Positions 1-9,991 of a DNA stretch of 64,000 nt are shown in pieces. The DNA lies in contig CAZHAQ010000001.1 in the NCBI GenBank assembly GCA_964529785.1, positions 37,502-101,501 on the forward strand, in the 5' to 3' direction. Under the pieces are notes generated by a model that saw only the letters and a program-made list of their open reading frames with translations, was not told the DNA's origin and did not search any database. The stretch is from an uncultured Candidatus Saccharibacteria bacterium (GTDB lineage Bacteria > Patescibacteriota > Saccharimonadia > Saccharimonadales > JACDBH01). The stretch's first letter is position 1. Each line of letters starts with the position of its first letter. The position numbers and the translations under genes were made by a program.

Positions 1-1
1 A

Positions 2-844
2 AGCTTCGTGCAAACTCCTGACGATATACGCAATATGCGCAAAATTCTGAAAAATCTGGGCATGACTGCGAAAATTATAGCTAAATTTGAGACCAAATCA
101 GCTACTAACATGCTGGAAGATATCGTTAAAGAAGCTGACGCTATAATGATTGCTCGCGGCGACCTGGCAGTTGAGACACCGCCTGAAAGCGTGCCAATTA
201 TACAGCGCCAACTAATTGGTCTTGGCGTCAAATATGCAAAGCCCACAATCGTAGCTACTCAAATGCTATTTAGTATGACCGAAATGCCTGAGCCGACACG
301 AGCAGAAGTTTCTGATGTTGCTACTGCTGTGCTTGTAGGGGCGGACTGTGTAATGTTGAGCGATGAAACTGCTAACGGCCGCTATCCCGTTAAGGCGGTT
401 GAAGTAATGAAGAGAGTAGTTTCATATACGGAAAGAAACGCACCGCTTAAGCCTGTGTTTGTTGATGAAAGAGCTGCGGCAGTTAAGCTAACCCGCCAGG
501 AAGCTATTTCTACGGCTGTTATTAGGCTGGCTAAAAACATTGCTGCTACGACTTTAGTTGCAGAAACTAAGTCTGGTGCTACCGCATTGCAGATAGCTGC
601 TAAGCGCTCAGACATACCTTTAATTGCAGTAACTTCCGACGTGCGCACTGCCCAGCAGCTTGCTATAGTCTACAGCTGTAAGAGTTACGTCCGACCTGAT
701 GATAAATATGCTGCCCGTAAGCTGACTGATTGGCTTAGGTCAAACAATGTACTAAGCAAAGGTGATGTTATTGTTAGTTGCTCTGGGCAGTACCCCGGAG
801 TAGTCGGTACGACTGACACAATTAAAGTAAGGGTGTTAGAGTAG
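2..844 (+). CDS. pyk: Pyruvate kinase (5'-truncated by window edge)
   Basis: Motifs IIAKFET, IMIARGDL, VATQML, PTRAEVSD, VMLSDETA; frame is open to the window start. Confidence 0.97.
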   Translation, partial: SFVQTPDDIRNMRKILKNLGMTAKIIAKFETKSATNMLEDIVKEADAIMIARGDLAVETPPESVPIIQRQLIGLGVKYAKPTIVATQMLFSMTEMPEPTRAEVSDVATAVLVGADCVMLSDETANGRYPVKAVEVMKRVVSYTERNAPLKPVFVDERAAAVKLTRQEAISTAVIRLAKNIAATTLVAETKSGATALQIAAKRSDIPLIAVTSDVRTAQQLAIVYSCKSYVRPDDKYAARKLTDWLRSNNVLSKGDVIVSCSGQYPGVVGTTDTIKVRVLE

Positions 845-882
845 ATAATACTTAATTTTCAGACTAAAAATCAGGGGGTGGG

Positions 883-2172
883 ATGAGTTTTGGCAAGAAG
901 ACGGTTCGCGATATAGACCTTGCAGGCAAGCGCGTACTGCTAAGAGTTGACTATAATGTGCCCATAAAAAAGGGAAAGATATTAAGTGACTACCGAATCT
1001 TAGAATCTTTGCCGACTATTAAGTATTTACTTGAGCAAAAGTGCAGTATTGTAATTACTTCTCATCTAGGCCGACCTGATGGTAAGAGAAATTTAGATTA
1101 CAGCTTAAGGCCAGCAGCCGATGTATTGTCAGGGCTTTTAAAAAAAGACGTTTTGTTTGCCGAGGACTGTATTGGTGAACAAGTTGAAAAAGCTGTAGAA
1201 AAGTTATCAGCTGGTCAAATTTTAATGCTGGAGAACGTACGTTTTTATCCTGAAGAAGAAGAAAATGACGTAAAGTTTGCCGAAAAGCTGGCAAAGTGGG
1301 GCGAAGTGTTTGTCCAAGACTGCTTTGGGGTAGCTCATCGTTCGCACGCTTCTGTGGTTGGTATAACTAAGTATTTGCCAAGCGTAGCTGGCCTGCTGCT
1401 GGAAAAAGAGGTTACTACTATTATTGGGGCTATGACTAGTCCCAATAGGCCATTAATGGCAATTGTGGGCGGCGCAAAGATCTCCGATAAGATAACAGTA
1501 TTAAAGCGATTTATAGATATTGCTGATTTTGTAGTTGTGGGCGGCGCAATGGCTAACACCTTTCTGCTGGCTAAGGGTATAGAGACTGGTAGAAGCTTGA
1601 CTGAACCCGAAGACGTGCCACTAGCCAAGGAAATAATTGAACTGGCTGAGGAAAAAGCCAAGAAGCAGCAGTTTGTTTTTTACCTGCCGCAGGACGGAGT
1701 GGTAGCTACGGATATGGATAACCCGGCTGCGACTAGAATTGTTGACTGGGATACAAATGCGATAGCAGACATTGAAGCATATCCGCGTCAACCGCGTCGT
1801 TACTCGCAAATAGTTAAGTCCACCGAAAAAATATTAGATATTGGCCCTTTCTCCGCATCATTTATAGCTGGCGGTATACAGATGGTGCAGACGGTGCTTT
1901 GGAACGGCACACTTGGAGTTACTGAAGTCGCCGGCAAGAATAATGATCCTATAGGTCCGTTTGCGCATGGTACCGATATAGTTATGGATGCTCTGCTTGG
2001 CCATTTTGGGCACCGACCCTATGTTATTGTGGGCGGCGGCGATACAGCTGGCTATGTAGAGGACCGTGGATTAACCAAGGCATTTAACCATGTATCAACA
2101 GGTGGCGGCGCGGCGCTGGAGCTTATGGAGGGCAAAAAGCTGCCTGGCGTAACTGCGTTAGAGAATAAATAA
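883..2172 (+). CDS. pgk: Phosphoglycerate kinase
   Basis: RVDYNVP, SHLGRP, LENVRF, GGAKISDK, VSTGGGA motifs. Confidence 0.98.
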   Translation: MSFGKKTVRDIDLAGKRVLLRVDYNVPIKKGKILSDYRILESLPTIKYLLEQKCSIVITSHLGRPDGKRNLDYSLRPAADVLSGLLKKDVLFAEDCIGEQVEKAVEKLSAGQILMLENVRFYPEEEENDVKFAEKLAKWGEVFVQDCFGVAHRSHASVVGITKYLPSVAGLLLEKEVTTIIGAMTSPNRPLMAIVGGAKISDKITVLKRFIDIADFVVVGGAMANTFLLAKGIETGRSLTEPEDVPLAKEIIELAEEKAKKQQFVFYLPQDGVVATDMDNPAATRIVDWDTNAIADIEAYPRQPRRYSQIVKSTEKILDIGPFSASFIAGGIQMVQTVLWNGTLGVTEVAGKNNDPIGPFAHGTDIVMDALLGHFGHRPYVIVGGGDTAGYVEDRGLTKAFNHVSTGGGAALELMEGKKLPGVTALENK

Positions 2173-2200
2173 AATAATGATAGAATAAGCTTAAGCAATT

Positions 2201-2980
2201 ATGAATAAAACACTTATAGTCGGCAACTGGAAAATGAATCTTAATACTATGCAGGCAAGCATACTGCTTCATAGGCTGCAGGAAAGAATTCGAATCTACA
2301 GGGATGTAGAGGTGGTGCTTGCCCCCAGTTTGCTGGTACTTCAGCCTTTAAGCTTACAGATTGACCGCCGAAAATTCAGGTTGGCAGCCCAGAATGCCTT
2401 TGCAAAAGACAGCGGTGCATACACTGGTGAAGTTAGCTTTACGATGCTTCGTGATCTTGCGCATTATGCGATTATTGGCCACTCAGAAAGAAGGTACATT
2501 TTTAACGAGACGCCGAAAGAGGTATCGGAGAAAGTTGATGCGGCCATACGAAACGGGATTACGCCTATTGTTTGCGTAGGCGAAACCAAGGCCGAGCGAT
2601 TGGCTGGACAAACCAAACGCGTTCTACATGATCAAGTAGTGGGTGCAGTAAAAGGCTTAACTTCTGAAGATATACACAATCTGGTTATTGCTTATGAGCC
2701 AGTATGGGCAATAGGTACAGGCGTAATTGCCACCCCTGAGCAAGCAGAGCAGGCGGTCGGCTTTATCAGACACAATATATATGAATTGTACGGCAAGAAA
2801 GCTTCCGAGAAGGTTAGAGTGCTATATGGTGGCAGTGTCGTTCCCGACGTAGCTACTGGTTTTTTAAAGATTAAAGGCGTGGATGGGCTATTAGTAGGTG
2901 GTGCAAGTATAAATTACCACCAGTTTTCGGCAATAGTAGATAGTGCTTACCGGCTTAGACAAGAGTTAAGAGATAAGTAA
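2201..2980 (+). CDS. tpiA: Triosephosphate isomerase
   Basis: GNWKMN, GHSERR, AYEPVWAIGTG, YGGSV, LVGGAS motifs. Confidence 0.98.
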   Translation: MNKTLIVGNWKMNLNTMQASILLHRLQERIRIYRDVEVVLAPSLLVLQPLSLQIDRRKFRLAAQNAFAKDSGAYTGEVSFTMLRDLAHYAIIGHSERRYIFNETPKEVSEKVDAAIRNGITPIVCVGETKAERLAGQTKRVLHDQVVGAVKGLTSEDIHNLVIAYEPVWAIGTGVIATPEQAEQAVGFIRHNIYELYGKKASEKVRVLYGGSVVPDVATGFLKIKGVDGLLVGGASINYHQFSAIVDSAYRLRQELRDK

Positions 2981-2982
2981 TC

Positions 2983-3588
2983 ATGAGTCATGATGGTCTC
3001 TCGTCGGATGAATACAAGGTCATGGATGTATCCAGGCCTGGTAAAGGGAAAATAATGCCTACATCTCGGCCTGTTGTAGCGCCAGTGGTTTCAGGCGATC
3101 ACTCTGAAGTAGTAAAAGATATAGACGATGAAATTGGCTCTCATAGAGTTACTGGCTCTCAGCGGGTAATAGAGCCTCTTGGTAATATGGATCATAATGA
3201 TCACAGTGTTGAAGATAGCGAACTGAAAGATGATACAAGTGAGCCGGAGGAGACTGGCAAAGAAGCTGAAGAATTAAATAATGAAGCTGAGCCGGTATCA
3301 GATAATGAGCCCAGTACTAATAATTCACAGACTGGATCTGAGATGTCTGACGCTGCTGAAGTGGACGCATTAGCCTCTAAGGTAGAAGCTAAAAAACAGG
3401 CCGCTAAAGAAGCTAAGGAGAAGGCGGAAAGCGATGCTAAGCTGCAGGAGATGATAGACAGCAGGCAGTACGTAGTACCGATTAAAGGTGGCCGCTCAAG
3501 TTTAAGTATAGGCCTACTTGCAGTAGTTATAGCAGTGCTTCTGGTAATAGCTGCAGCAATAGCCAGCTATTTTCTACTTAATGCATAA
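2983..3588 (+). CDS. Hypothetical acidic protein with C-terminal membrane anchor
   Basis: 201-aa ORF starting 2 nt after tpiA; acidic low-complexity middle and one C-terminal hydrophobic helix. Confidence 0.75.
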   Translation: MSHDGLSSDEYKVMDVSRPGKGKIMPTSRPVVAPVVSGDHSEVVKDIDDEIGSHRVTGSQRVIEPLGNMDHNDHSVEDSELKDDTSEPEETGKEAEELNNEAEPVSDNEPSTNNSQTGSEMSDAAEVDALASKVEAKKQAAKEAKEKAESDAKLQEMIDSRQYVVPIKGGRSSLSIGLLAVVIAVLLVIAAAIASYFLLNA

Positions 3589-3636
3589 TGTGGTTTTACC
3601 GCCCCATGTAATGCTAAATTTTGCTACAATTAATTG

Positions 3637-6600
3637 ATGTCTACTAGTGAATTTAATCCGATTATTGACCCATGGGCCGACGAGGAGGCTAAAGTTGATG
3701 CCGACAGACTGTTAGTTGGCTTAAATAAAGAACAGCGCAGAGCAGTGCTTACGACTGATGGGCCATTGCTCATTCAAGCTGGAGCTGGCAGCGGCAAGAC
3801 TAAAACTTTGACGCATCGTATTGCATATATAATAGCTAGTAATAAAGCCACTCCATATAATATACTGGCCGTTACATTTACGAATAAAGCCGCTAAGGAA
3901 ATGCGCGAGCGTATCGCCGGGCTTCTTAATCAGGATGCGGATAATCGCAGCTTTATGCCGTTTATGGGTACATTCCATTCTATTTGCGTTCGGCTGCTTA
4001 GGCAGGACGGCGAGCATATTGGAGTACCAAGAAACTTTGTAATATTTGATGAAAGTGACCGGTTGAGTGCAATCAAACAGGCTAGCCGGCAATTGAAGCT
4101 GGATGAAAAAGCTTTTACAGCAAGAACTATAAGCAGTCTAATTAGCAGTGCTAAGAATGATTTAATTAGCCCGGAGGAGTATCTAGGGCTTGCAAACTCC
4201 CCAACGCAGTCGGCAGCCGCAAAGGTGTATCCGCTTTATCAAAAGACTTTGAAAGATGCGGGAGCGTTAGATTTTGATGATCTAATCGCTAAGACTGTAA
4301 GCATGCTGCAAAGCAACTCTAAAATTAGACAAAAATGGCAGGATCAATTTAAGTACGTCATGATTGACGAGTATCAGGATACTAATACTGCTCAGTACAA
4401 TCTCGTTAAATATTTGACAAATAAGCAAAGAAATATTGCAGTAGTTGGGGATGACTGGCAGTGTTTCCATCCGGACACTTTAATAGAAACGGCGGATGGC
4501 TTTAAGAAAATAAAAGATGTTAGTTCAGGAGAGTTCGTAAGGTCGGCTAGCGGCTACGGTAAATCTGGATTTTTTAAAGTCACTAACAAGAAAAAATTTA
4601 ACTTCAATACTGATTTGATGCAAATAAAAACTGCATCCGGTAGGGTCATAAACTGCACCCCAAACCATCTATTATTTACTAGATGGGGAAAAACTGATTC
4701 ATATTTTGTTTATTTAATGTATTCAAGAGATAAGGGTTATAGGATCGGCACAGCTAAAGGATCAAGGTTTGATGGAAAAAAAGATGACATTGGCTTGAGG
4801 GTCAGAGCAAATCAAGAGAGAGCTCAAAAAATGTGGATTCTAAAAGTATGCACTACAAAAGAAGAAGCAATATACACTGAAATGCTATTTGCGTATAAAT
4901 TTGGAATTCCTATGACATTGTTTTTTTCTTATAAAAACCGATCAATGGGCCTCAGTCAAGAATATATTGACCTTCTTTATAAAGAGATAGATACAGTTTC
5001 AAGAGCTAAGATAATCTTTGATGAGTTAGGGCTTAGTGCTGATTATCCGCATTTTACACCTCAGGCAACAACTAGGTACGGTATAGAGAACTGTAATATA
5101 AATGTAGTTTTATTCGGAGATAAGCGTACCACAGTATCAAGCCCATGGTCTGCTAGTAGAATATCTGTAAATACTTCAAATAATAAAATTTTAGAAATTT
5201 TTAAAAACTTAGGCTACACAGTAAGGCCGGGTCGGGCAGGTACACATCGATCTGAGATCCATAATTTAGATTATGGAAAGATTGAACAGGCTTTAGAAAA
5301 ACTTCAGAATGATTCTGGATCTGATGCACGAATTTGCAAGTATGCATTTCTAACTTCAAATAAATTTTTGTTCACTCCAGCAGGTCAAGTGCATCCTGGC
5401 ATGCTGCTGCCTGTTGTGCAGGGCGAAGATATCGTAGAAGAAGTTGTCGAGGAAGTAGTAAGAACTCCTTACTCAGGGCTTGTTTATGACCTTGATGTTG
5501 AGAAAGTACATAATTATTCTGCCAATCAAATAATCGTTCATAATTCCATATATAGTTGGAGGGGCGCAGATTTTCAGAATATATTGAATTTTGAAAAAGA
5601 CTATAAAAATACGACTGTTATAAAGTTGGAACAAAACTATCGCAGTACAAAATCTATACTTGATGCAGCCCACGCTGTTATTAGCAAGAACCAGCAAAGG
5701 TCAGAAAAGAAACTATGGACCGATGAATCTACTGGACTACCGGTGCAGATTATGCAGGTTCAAAACCAGAGCGCAGAAGGTGAGGCTATAATTAGACGAA
5801 TAGAAGCTATGGTTAGTGCTGGGCGGCGAAAGTATAGTGATTACGCCGTTCTTTACAGGACCAATGCTCAGAGTCGGGCAATTGAGGAAATGTTTGTCCG
5901 TTACGGAGTGCCATACAAGGTAATTGGCGGAGTTAGATTCTACGACCGTAAAGAAATAAAAGATATAGTCGCGTATTTAAGGCTAATTTTCCAGCCAGAT
6001 GATGCAGTTAGTTTTGAGAGAATTGTTAACGTGCCGACTAGAGGCATTGGGCCTAAATCATTGGATAATTTCAGAGTTTGGGCAAATCAAGCCGGAAGCA
6101 TTCTAAGAGGACTTGAGACGGTTGCCGACTGCCCATCGCTTACTCCAAAGGCAAAAAAAGGCTTTACTGAGATTGCCGACATCATATTGTCTTACGGTCG
6201 GCTAATAGAAGACACGGCCGTGTCGGGTGTTATTGATAGCCTATTAAGAAGGCTAGATTATATGTCGTACTTAGACGATGGTACTTTGCAGGGAGAGTCG
6301 CGCCAAGAAAACGTCCGCGAACTTATTTCAGTAGCTAAAGCTTACCAGGATGTTGGGCTTGAGGGATTCTTGGAAGAGGTAAGTCTTATTAGCGATCTAG
6401 ATAATGCTGATATATCAGCAAATTCAGTTACGCTAATGACCCTGCATGCCGCTAAGGGCCTAGAATTCCCGGCTGTATTCATGATAGGCCTGGAAGAAAC
6501 TGTATTGCCTCACAGCCGTGCATTATATGATCAGCGGGAGATGGAAGAGGAGCGCCGGCTGATGTATGTCGGTATGACAAGAGCTCGTCAGGAACTTTAC

Positions 6601-6915
6601 CTGACTTACGCTACCTCAAGAGCCTTGTATGGCGGGGTGCAGTATAATCCACCTTCGCGTTTCTTGTCCGAAATAGACAATAAGTCAATTGTCGGAGCAG
6701 AATCGCTTTATCCCACTTCTCAAAGTGAAGCAAGCCAACAGATTGACGATGAGCCTAGATATGTAGTCGAATTAAATGAAGGCGACAGAGTAAGCCACCA
6801 GGCATTTGGCGAGGGTGTAGTGGTAGATGTAGATGGTGATAATGTAGCGGTCCACTTTAAGTCTAAAGGCGTTAAGAAGCTAAATACTGCTTTCGCGCCA
6901 CTGGAAAAAATATAA
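3637..6915 (+). CDS. pcrA: UvrD/PcrA superfamily-1 DNA helicase containing an intein
   Basis: AGAGSGKT, TFTNKAA, DEYQD, LEQNYRS, LYRTNAQSR, HAAKGLEF, EERRLMYV motifs and a C-terminal Tudor-like domain. ATG 3637 lies 6 nt after TGcTACAAT. Confidence 0.96.
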   Translation: MSTSEFNPIIDPWADEEAKVDADRLLVGLNKEQRRAVLTTDGPLLIQAGAGSGKTKTLTHRIAYIIASNKATPYNILAVTFTNKAAKEMRERIAGLLNQDADNRSFMPFMGTFHSICVRLLRQDGEHIGVPRNFVIFDESDRLSAIKQASRQLKLDEKAFTARTISSLISSAKNDLISPEEYLGLANSPTQSAAAKVYPLYQKTLKDAGALDFDDLIAKTVSMLQSNSKIRQKWQDQFKYVMIDEYQDTNTAQYNLVKYLTNKQRNIAVVGDDWQCFHPDTLIETADGFKKIKDVSSGEFVRSASGYGKSGFFKVTNKKKFNFNTDLMQIKTASGRVINCTPNHLLFTRWGKTDSYFVYLMYSRDKGYRIGTAKGSRFDGKKDDIGLRVRANQERAQKMWILKVCTTKEEAIYTEMLFAYKFGIPMTLFFSYKNRSMGLSQEYIDLLYKEIDTVSRAKIIFDELGLSADYPHFTPQATTRYGIENCNINVVLFGDKRTTVSSPWSASRISVNTSNNKILEIFKNLGYTVRPGRAGTHRSEIHNLDYGKIEQALEKLQNDSGSDARICKYAFLTSNKFLFTPAGQVHPGMLLPVVQGEDIVEEVVEEVVRTPYSGLVYDLDVEKVHNYSANQIIVHNSIYSWRGADFQNILNFEKDYKNTTVIKLEQNYRSTKSILDAAHAVISKNQQRSEKKLWTDESTGLPVQIMQVQNQSAEGEAIIRRIEAMVSAGRRKYSDYAVLYRTNAQSRAIEEMFVRYGVPYKVIGGVRFYDRKEIKDIVAYLRLIFQPDDAVSFERIVNVPTRGIGPKSLDNFRVWANQAGSILRGLETVADCPSLTPKAKKGFTEIADIILSYGRLIEDTAVSGVIDSLLRRLDYMSYLDDGTLQGESRQENVRELISVAKAYQDVGLEGFLEEVSLISDLDNADISANSVTLMTLHAAKGLEFPAVFMIGLEETVLPHSRALYDQREMEEERRLMYVGMTRARQELYLTYATSRALYGGVQYNPPSRFLSEIDNKSIVGAESLYPTSQSEASQQIDDEPRYVVELNEGDRVSHQAFGEGVVVDVDGDNVAVHFKSKGVKKLNTAFAPLEKI
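4462..5544 (+). mobile_element. Intein (361 aa) in helicase motif III with an internal endonuclease-like domain
   Basis: GDDWQ|CFHPDT N-terminal splice junction, block B CTPNH, block F VYDLDV, IIVHN|SIY C-terminal junction. Removal restores GDDWQSIYSWRGA. Confidence 0.95.
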
Positions 6916-6916
6916 C

Positions 6917-7390
6917 GTGAAGCTCTGGTTGATTTTAGGTAAGACGGTGTTTGTTTTAGGCTGGCCGGTTTGGTATTTATATTTTAAGTTAGTGCCTAGG
7001 CGAAGCCGAGTAGTGGTTGTTTGGCAGGATAAAGTGCTGCTTGTAAATAGCTGGTTGAGCGGTAGTACCTGGGGCCTTCCTGGGGGCGGTGCACATGCCG
7101 GTGAGTCTCTTGAAGCTTCCGCTATCCGTGAGCTAAAAGAAGAAACCGGTTTAATAGCTGACGAGGCAGCACTTCAGAAGCTGGATACCTATTACCATAA
7201 TGAGCATGGTCTCAAATATGAAGCTACTTTTTATTTATTAAAATTAAGTAACCCAAATCAACTAAAGCGGCAGAGGCTTGAAATAGCCCGGCTTGGCTGG
7301 TTTTCAGAAGCTGAATTCGCAAGCATGAATATAAGCAGCGACACCAAGCGCATACTGGCTAACTTTAATAAAAAAATTTGGTATAATTGA
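6917..7390 (+). CDS. NUDIX hydrolase
   Basis: Nudix box PGGGAHAGESLEASAIRELKEETGL. Confidence 0.92.
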   Translation: MKLWLILGKTVFVLGWPVWYLYFKLVPRRSRVVVVWQDKVLLVNSWLSGSTWGLPGGGAHAGESLEASAIRELKEETGLIADEAALQKLDTYYHNEHGLKYEATFYLLKLSNPNQLKRQRLEIARLGWFSEAEFASMNISSDTKRILANFNKKIWYN

Positions 7391-7482
7391 ATCGCATATT
7401 ATTGATTGGAATTACCTAAAATTTAACATTAAGTTAAGTATGTTTAAGTTTTAGGCACTAGGATAATGACTTATAAACATGT

Positions 7483-8739
7483 TTGAGGCATTTTGTGCAC
7501 TATAGATTAAGGCAGTATAAATTTCGTATTAGAAAATCCGCCAACCATTTAGAGAAGCGGCTTAAATCCCACCCATATTTACTTCATATATCGGCAGCCG
7601 TATCGTTAGTGCTGGTTGGCGTTGTATTGGTGCTTGCACTGCGCGATAGCAATGTAGTCTTAAGTTCAAAGCCCGAAGGCGCAGCTAATATTGTAATACT
7701 GCATGTAGACAGGGATACTAGAGTGCTGCCAACGAGAGAGGAAAATGTTGAAGGCCTTCTAAAGAATGCCGGCATAGAATTAAATGAAGGTGATGTTGTT
7801 GAGCCTTCGCTTCAAACGGCAATTGAGGATGACGACTTTAGAATAAATGTATATAGAGCTGCTCCAGTTGTAATCCAGGATGAAGATAAGCGTATTGAAA
7901 CTATGAGCGCCGCCCAGACTTCTCGCAGTATTGCTGATCAAGCTGGTATTGTAATCCATCCTGAAGACGAAATTAAAACCGAACCAAGCCGAGATTTTTT
8001 ACGAGATGGGGTTGGGAGCAAGGTTGTTATAGAAAGGTCATCACCTGTGGTGCTCAATCTGTATGGTAATTCTCTGCCGATTAGGACTCTTACTAAAACA
8101 GTTGGCGACTTACTCAAAGAAAAAAACGTCGTTTTAGAAGATGGCGACAAGATTACGCCGTCACTTGATACGCCAATAACTGAAAATCTACAGATATTTG
8201 TCACTAGATATGGAGTTGAAGTCATAACTTCAGAGGAAGTAATACCTATGCCGGTTGAAACTGTGGAAGACAGCAGCTTATCATTCGGGACTTCGGCGGT
8301 TCGGCAGGTAGGTGCTGAAGGTAAGAAATCTGTTACTTACCAGATTAATATGGAGAACGGCGTAGAGGTTGGAAGGACATTAATCCAGGAAGTAGTTGTC
8401 CAAGAGCCAGTCAAGCAGATTGTGGCCAGAGGTAAAGCATTTAATATTGCCAGCGACAAATCCGCTGTTATGAGTGCTGCCGGTATATCATCCAGCGATC
8501 AAGTATATGTAAATTACATAATTAACCGAGAGTCGAGATGGAATATAACTGCCCGAAATTCATCAAGCGGCGCCTATGGATTATGTCAGGCGCTGCCTGG
8601 AGGTAAAATGTCCAGTGCTGGTAGCGACTGGGAAACTAATCCGGTAACTCAGTTAAGATGGTGTCATGGCTATGCGCTAGGTCGTTACGGTAGCTGGGAA
8701 GCCGCATATAATTTTTGGTTAAATAATCATTGGTGGTAA
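7483..8739 (+). CDS. RpfB/YabE-like protein: TM, ubiquitin-like DUF348 repeats, G5 domain, lytic transglycosylase-like domain
   Basis: TVGDLL..NV.LE.GD.I.PS repeats; G5-type GAEGKKSVTY...PVKQIVARG; C-terminal RESRWN..ARN.SSGAYGLCQALP...WW. Start codon uncertain. Confidence 0.88.
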   Translation: MRHFVHYRLRQYKFRIRKSANHLEKRLKSHPYLLHISAAVSLVLVGVVLVLALRDSNVVLSSKPEGAANIVILHVDRDTRVLPTREENVEGLLKNAGIELNEGDVVEPSLQTAIEDDDFRINVYRAAPVVIQDEDKRIETMSAAQTSRSIADQAGIVIHPEDEIKTEPSRDFLRDGVGSKVVIERSSPVVLNLYGNSLPIRTLTKTVGDLLKEKNVVLEDGDKITPSLDTPITENLQIFVTRYGVEVITSEEVIPMPVETVEDSSLSFGTSAVRQVGAEGKKSVTYQINMENGVEVGRTLIQEVVVQEPVKQIVARGKAFNIASDKSAVMSAAGISSSDQVYVNYIINRESRWNITARNSSSGAYGLCQALPGGKMSSAGSDWETNPVTQLRWCHGYALGRYGSWEAAYNFWLNNHWW

Positions 8740-8742
8740 ATT

Positions 8743-9168
8743 ATGGAATACAGATTTGACGGGCAAAATTACATACTAAGACTCAATAAAGGTGAGCTTA
8801 TAGTTAAAAGCCTGAAGACTTTTATTAAGGAAAAGAAGATTAATGGCGGTTGGATAACCGGTCTAGGCGGATTAACTTGGGCAGAATTAGGCTTCTATGA
8901 TCTTGCTAGTGAAGAGTATGCTTGGTCTAAGTACGAAGAGCTGTTGGAATTAACAAATTTGACCGGTAATATCGCCTGGCAAGATGACGAACCTGCACTG
9001 CATCTGCATGCTACAGTAAGTGATGCCAGCCTACATGCAGTTGGCGGACATCTCAATGAGGCTGAAGCAGCTGGTACAGTAGAAATTTTTATACACTGCT
9101 GGCAGTCTGACGAGAGGCTAGAAAGATCCAAAGATAGCCAGACTGGATTGAACCTTTTAAGTCTATGA
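8743..9168 (+). CDS. PPC/DUF296 domain protein
   Basis: LRLNKGE, ELTNLTGNI, HLHATVS, GGHL motifs. Confidence 0.9.
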   Translation: MEYRFDGQNYILRLNKGELIVKSLKTFIKEKKINGGWITGLGGLTWAELGFYDLASEEYAWSKYEELLELTNLTGNIAWQDDEPALHLHATVSDASLHAVGGHLNEAEAAGTVEIFIHCWQSDERLERSKDSQTGLNLLSL

Positions 9169-9959
9169 AGCCAAATAAGCAATTAGGCCAGCACTGGCTG
9201 CATGAGGAGCAGTCGCTTAATTCAATGTGCCATGCTGCTGAAGTTGGCCCCGATGACCTGGTGCTAGAAGTTGGTCCAGGGCTCGGAACATTAACTGAAA
9301 AACTGCTGGGCATTGGTGCTGAAGTTTGGGCTTTAGAATTTGATGAAGGTCTTATCCCTGGGTTAAAAAATAAATTTGCCAAATATGATAAGTTCCATAT
9401 TGAGCATGTAGACATATTGAAGTACGACTTCAACAAACCTAAACCAGGCTATAAAGTAGTTGCCAATATACCTTATTATTTGACGTCTAATTTGCTGCGT
9501 AAAATGTGCGAAGCTGAAAACAATTTCAGTAAGGCAGCGCTTCTGGTTCAGAAAGAAGTTGCCGAGCGAGTTTGCGCAGGTCCGGGTGAAATGAGTCTGC
9601 TAAGCGTGAGTGTGCAGTACTACTGTGAAGCTAGCTTGGGAGATATTGTTCCAGCAGAACTGTTTACGCCTCCGCCTAAAGTGGATTCTCAGATATTAAA
9701 GTTAACATATCGCCAGCAACCGCTGTTTAGTGATGTGGATAGTGGTAAATTCTTTAGACTAGTTAAAGCTGGTTTTTCCGAGCGCAGAAAAATGCTCAGA
9801 AGCAGCTTAAGCGGCGGTCTGGGTATATCTAAAGTTGATGCAGAAGAACTGCTGGATAATGCAGGTATAGATTCAAGGCTTCGGGCCCAATCCTTGTCGC
9901 TGGAAGATTGGTACAAGCTATACTTGCAAGCTTATGCTAAAAATATTAAAGTAAATTAG
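9165..9959 (+). CDS. rsmA: 16S rRNA adenine dimethyltransferase RsmA/KsgA
   Basis: LGQHWL, LEVGPGLG, ANIPYY, VQKEVAER, FTPPPKVDS motifs. Confidence 0.97.
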   Translation: MKPNKQLGQHWLHEEQSLNSMCHAAEVGPDDLVLEVGPGLGTLTEKLLGIGAEVWALEFDEGLIPGLKNKFAKYDKFHIEHVDILKYDFNKPKPGYKVVANIPYYLTSNLLRKMCEAENNFSKAALLVQKEVAERVCAGPGEMSLLSVSVQYYCEASLGDIVPAELFTPPPKVDSQILKLTYRQQPLFSDVDSGKFFRLVKAGFSERRKMLRSSLSGGLGISKVDAEELLDNAGIDSRLRAQSLSLEDWYKLYLQAYAKNIKVN

Positions 9960-9991
9960 ATTCAATCACTAGAGGGAAAATTAATAAACAA

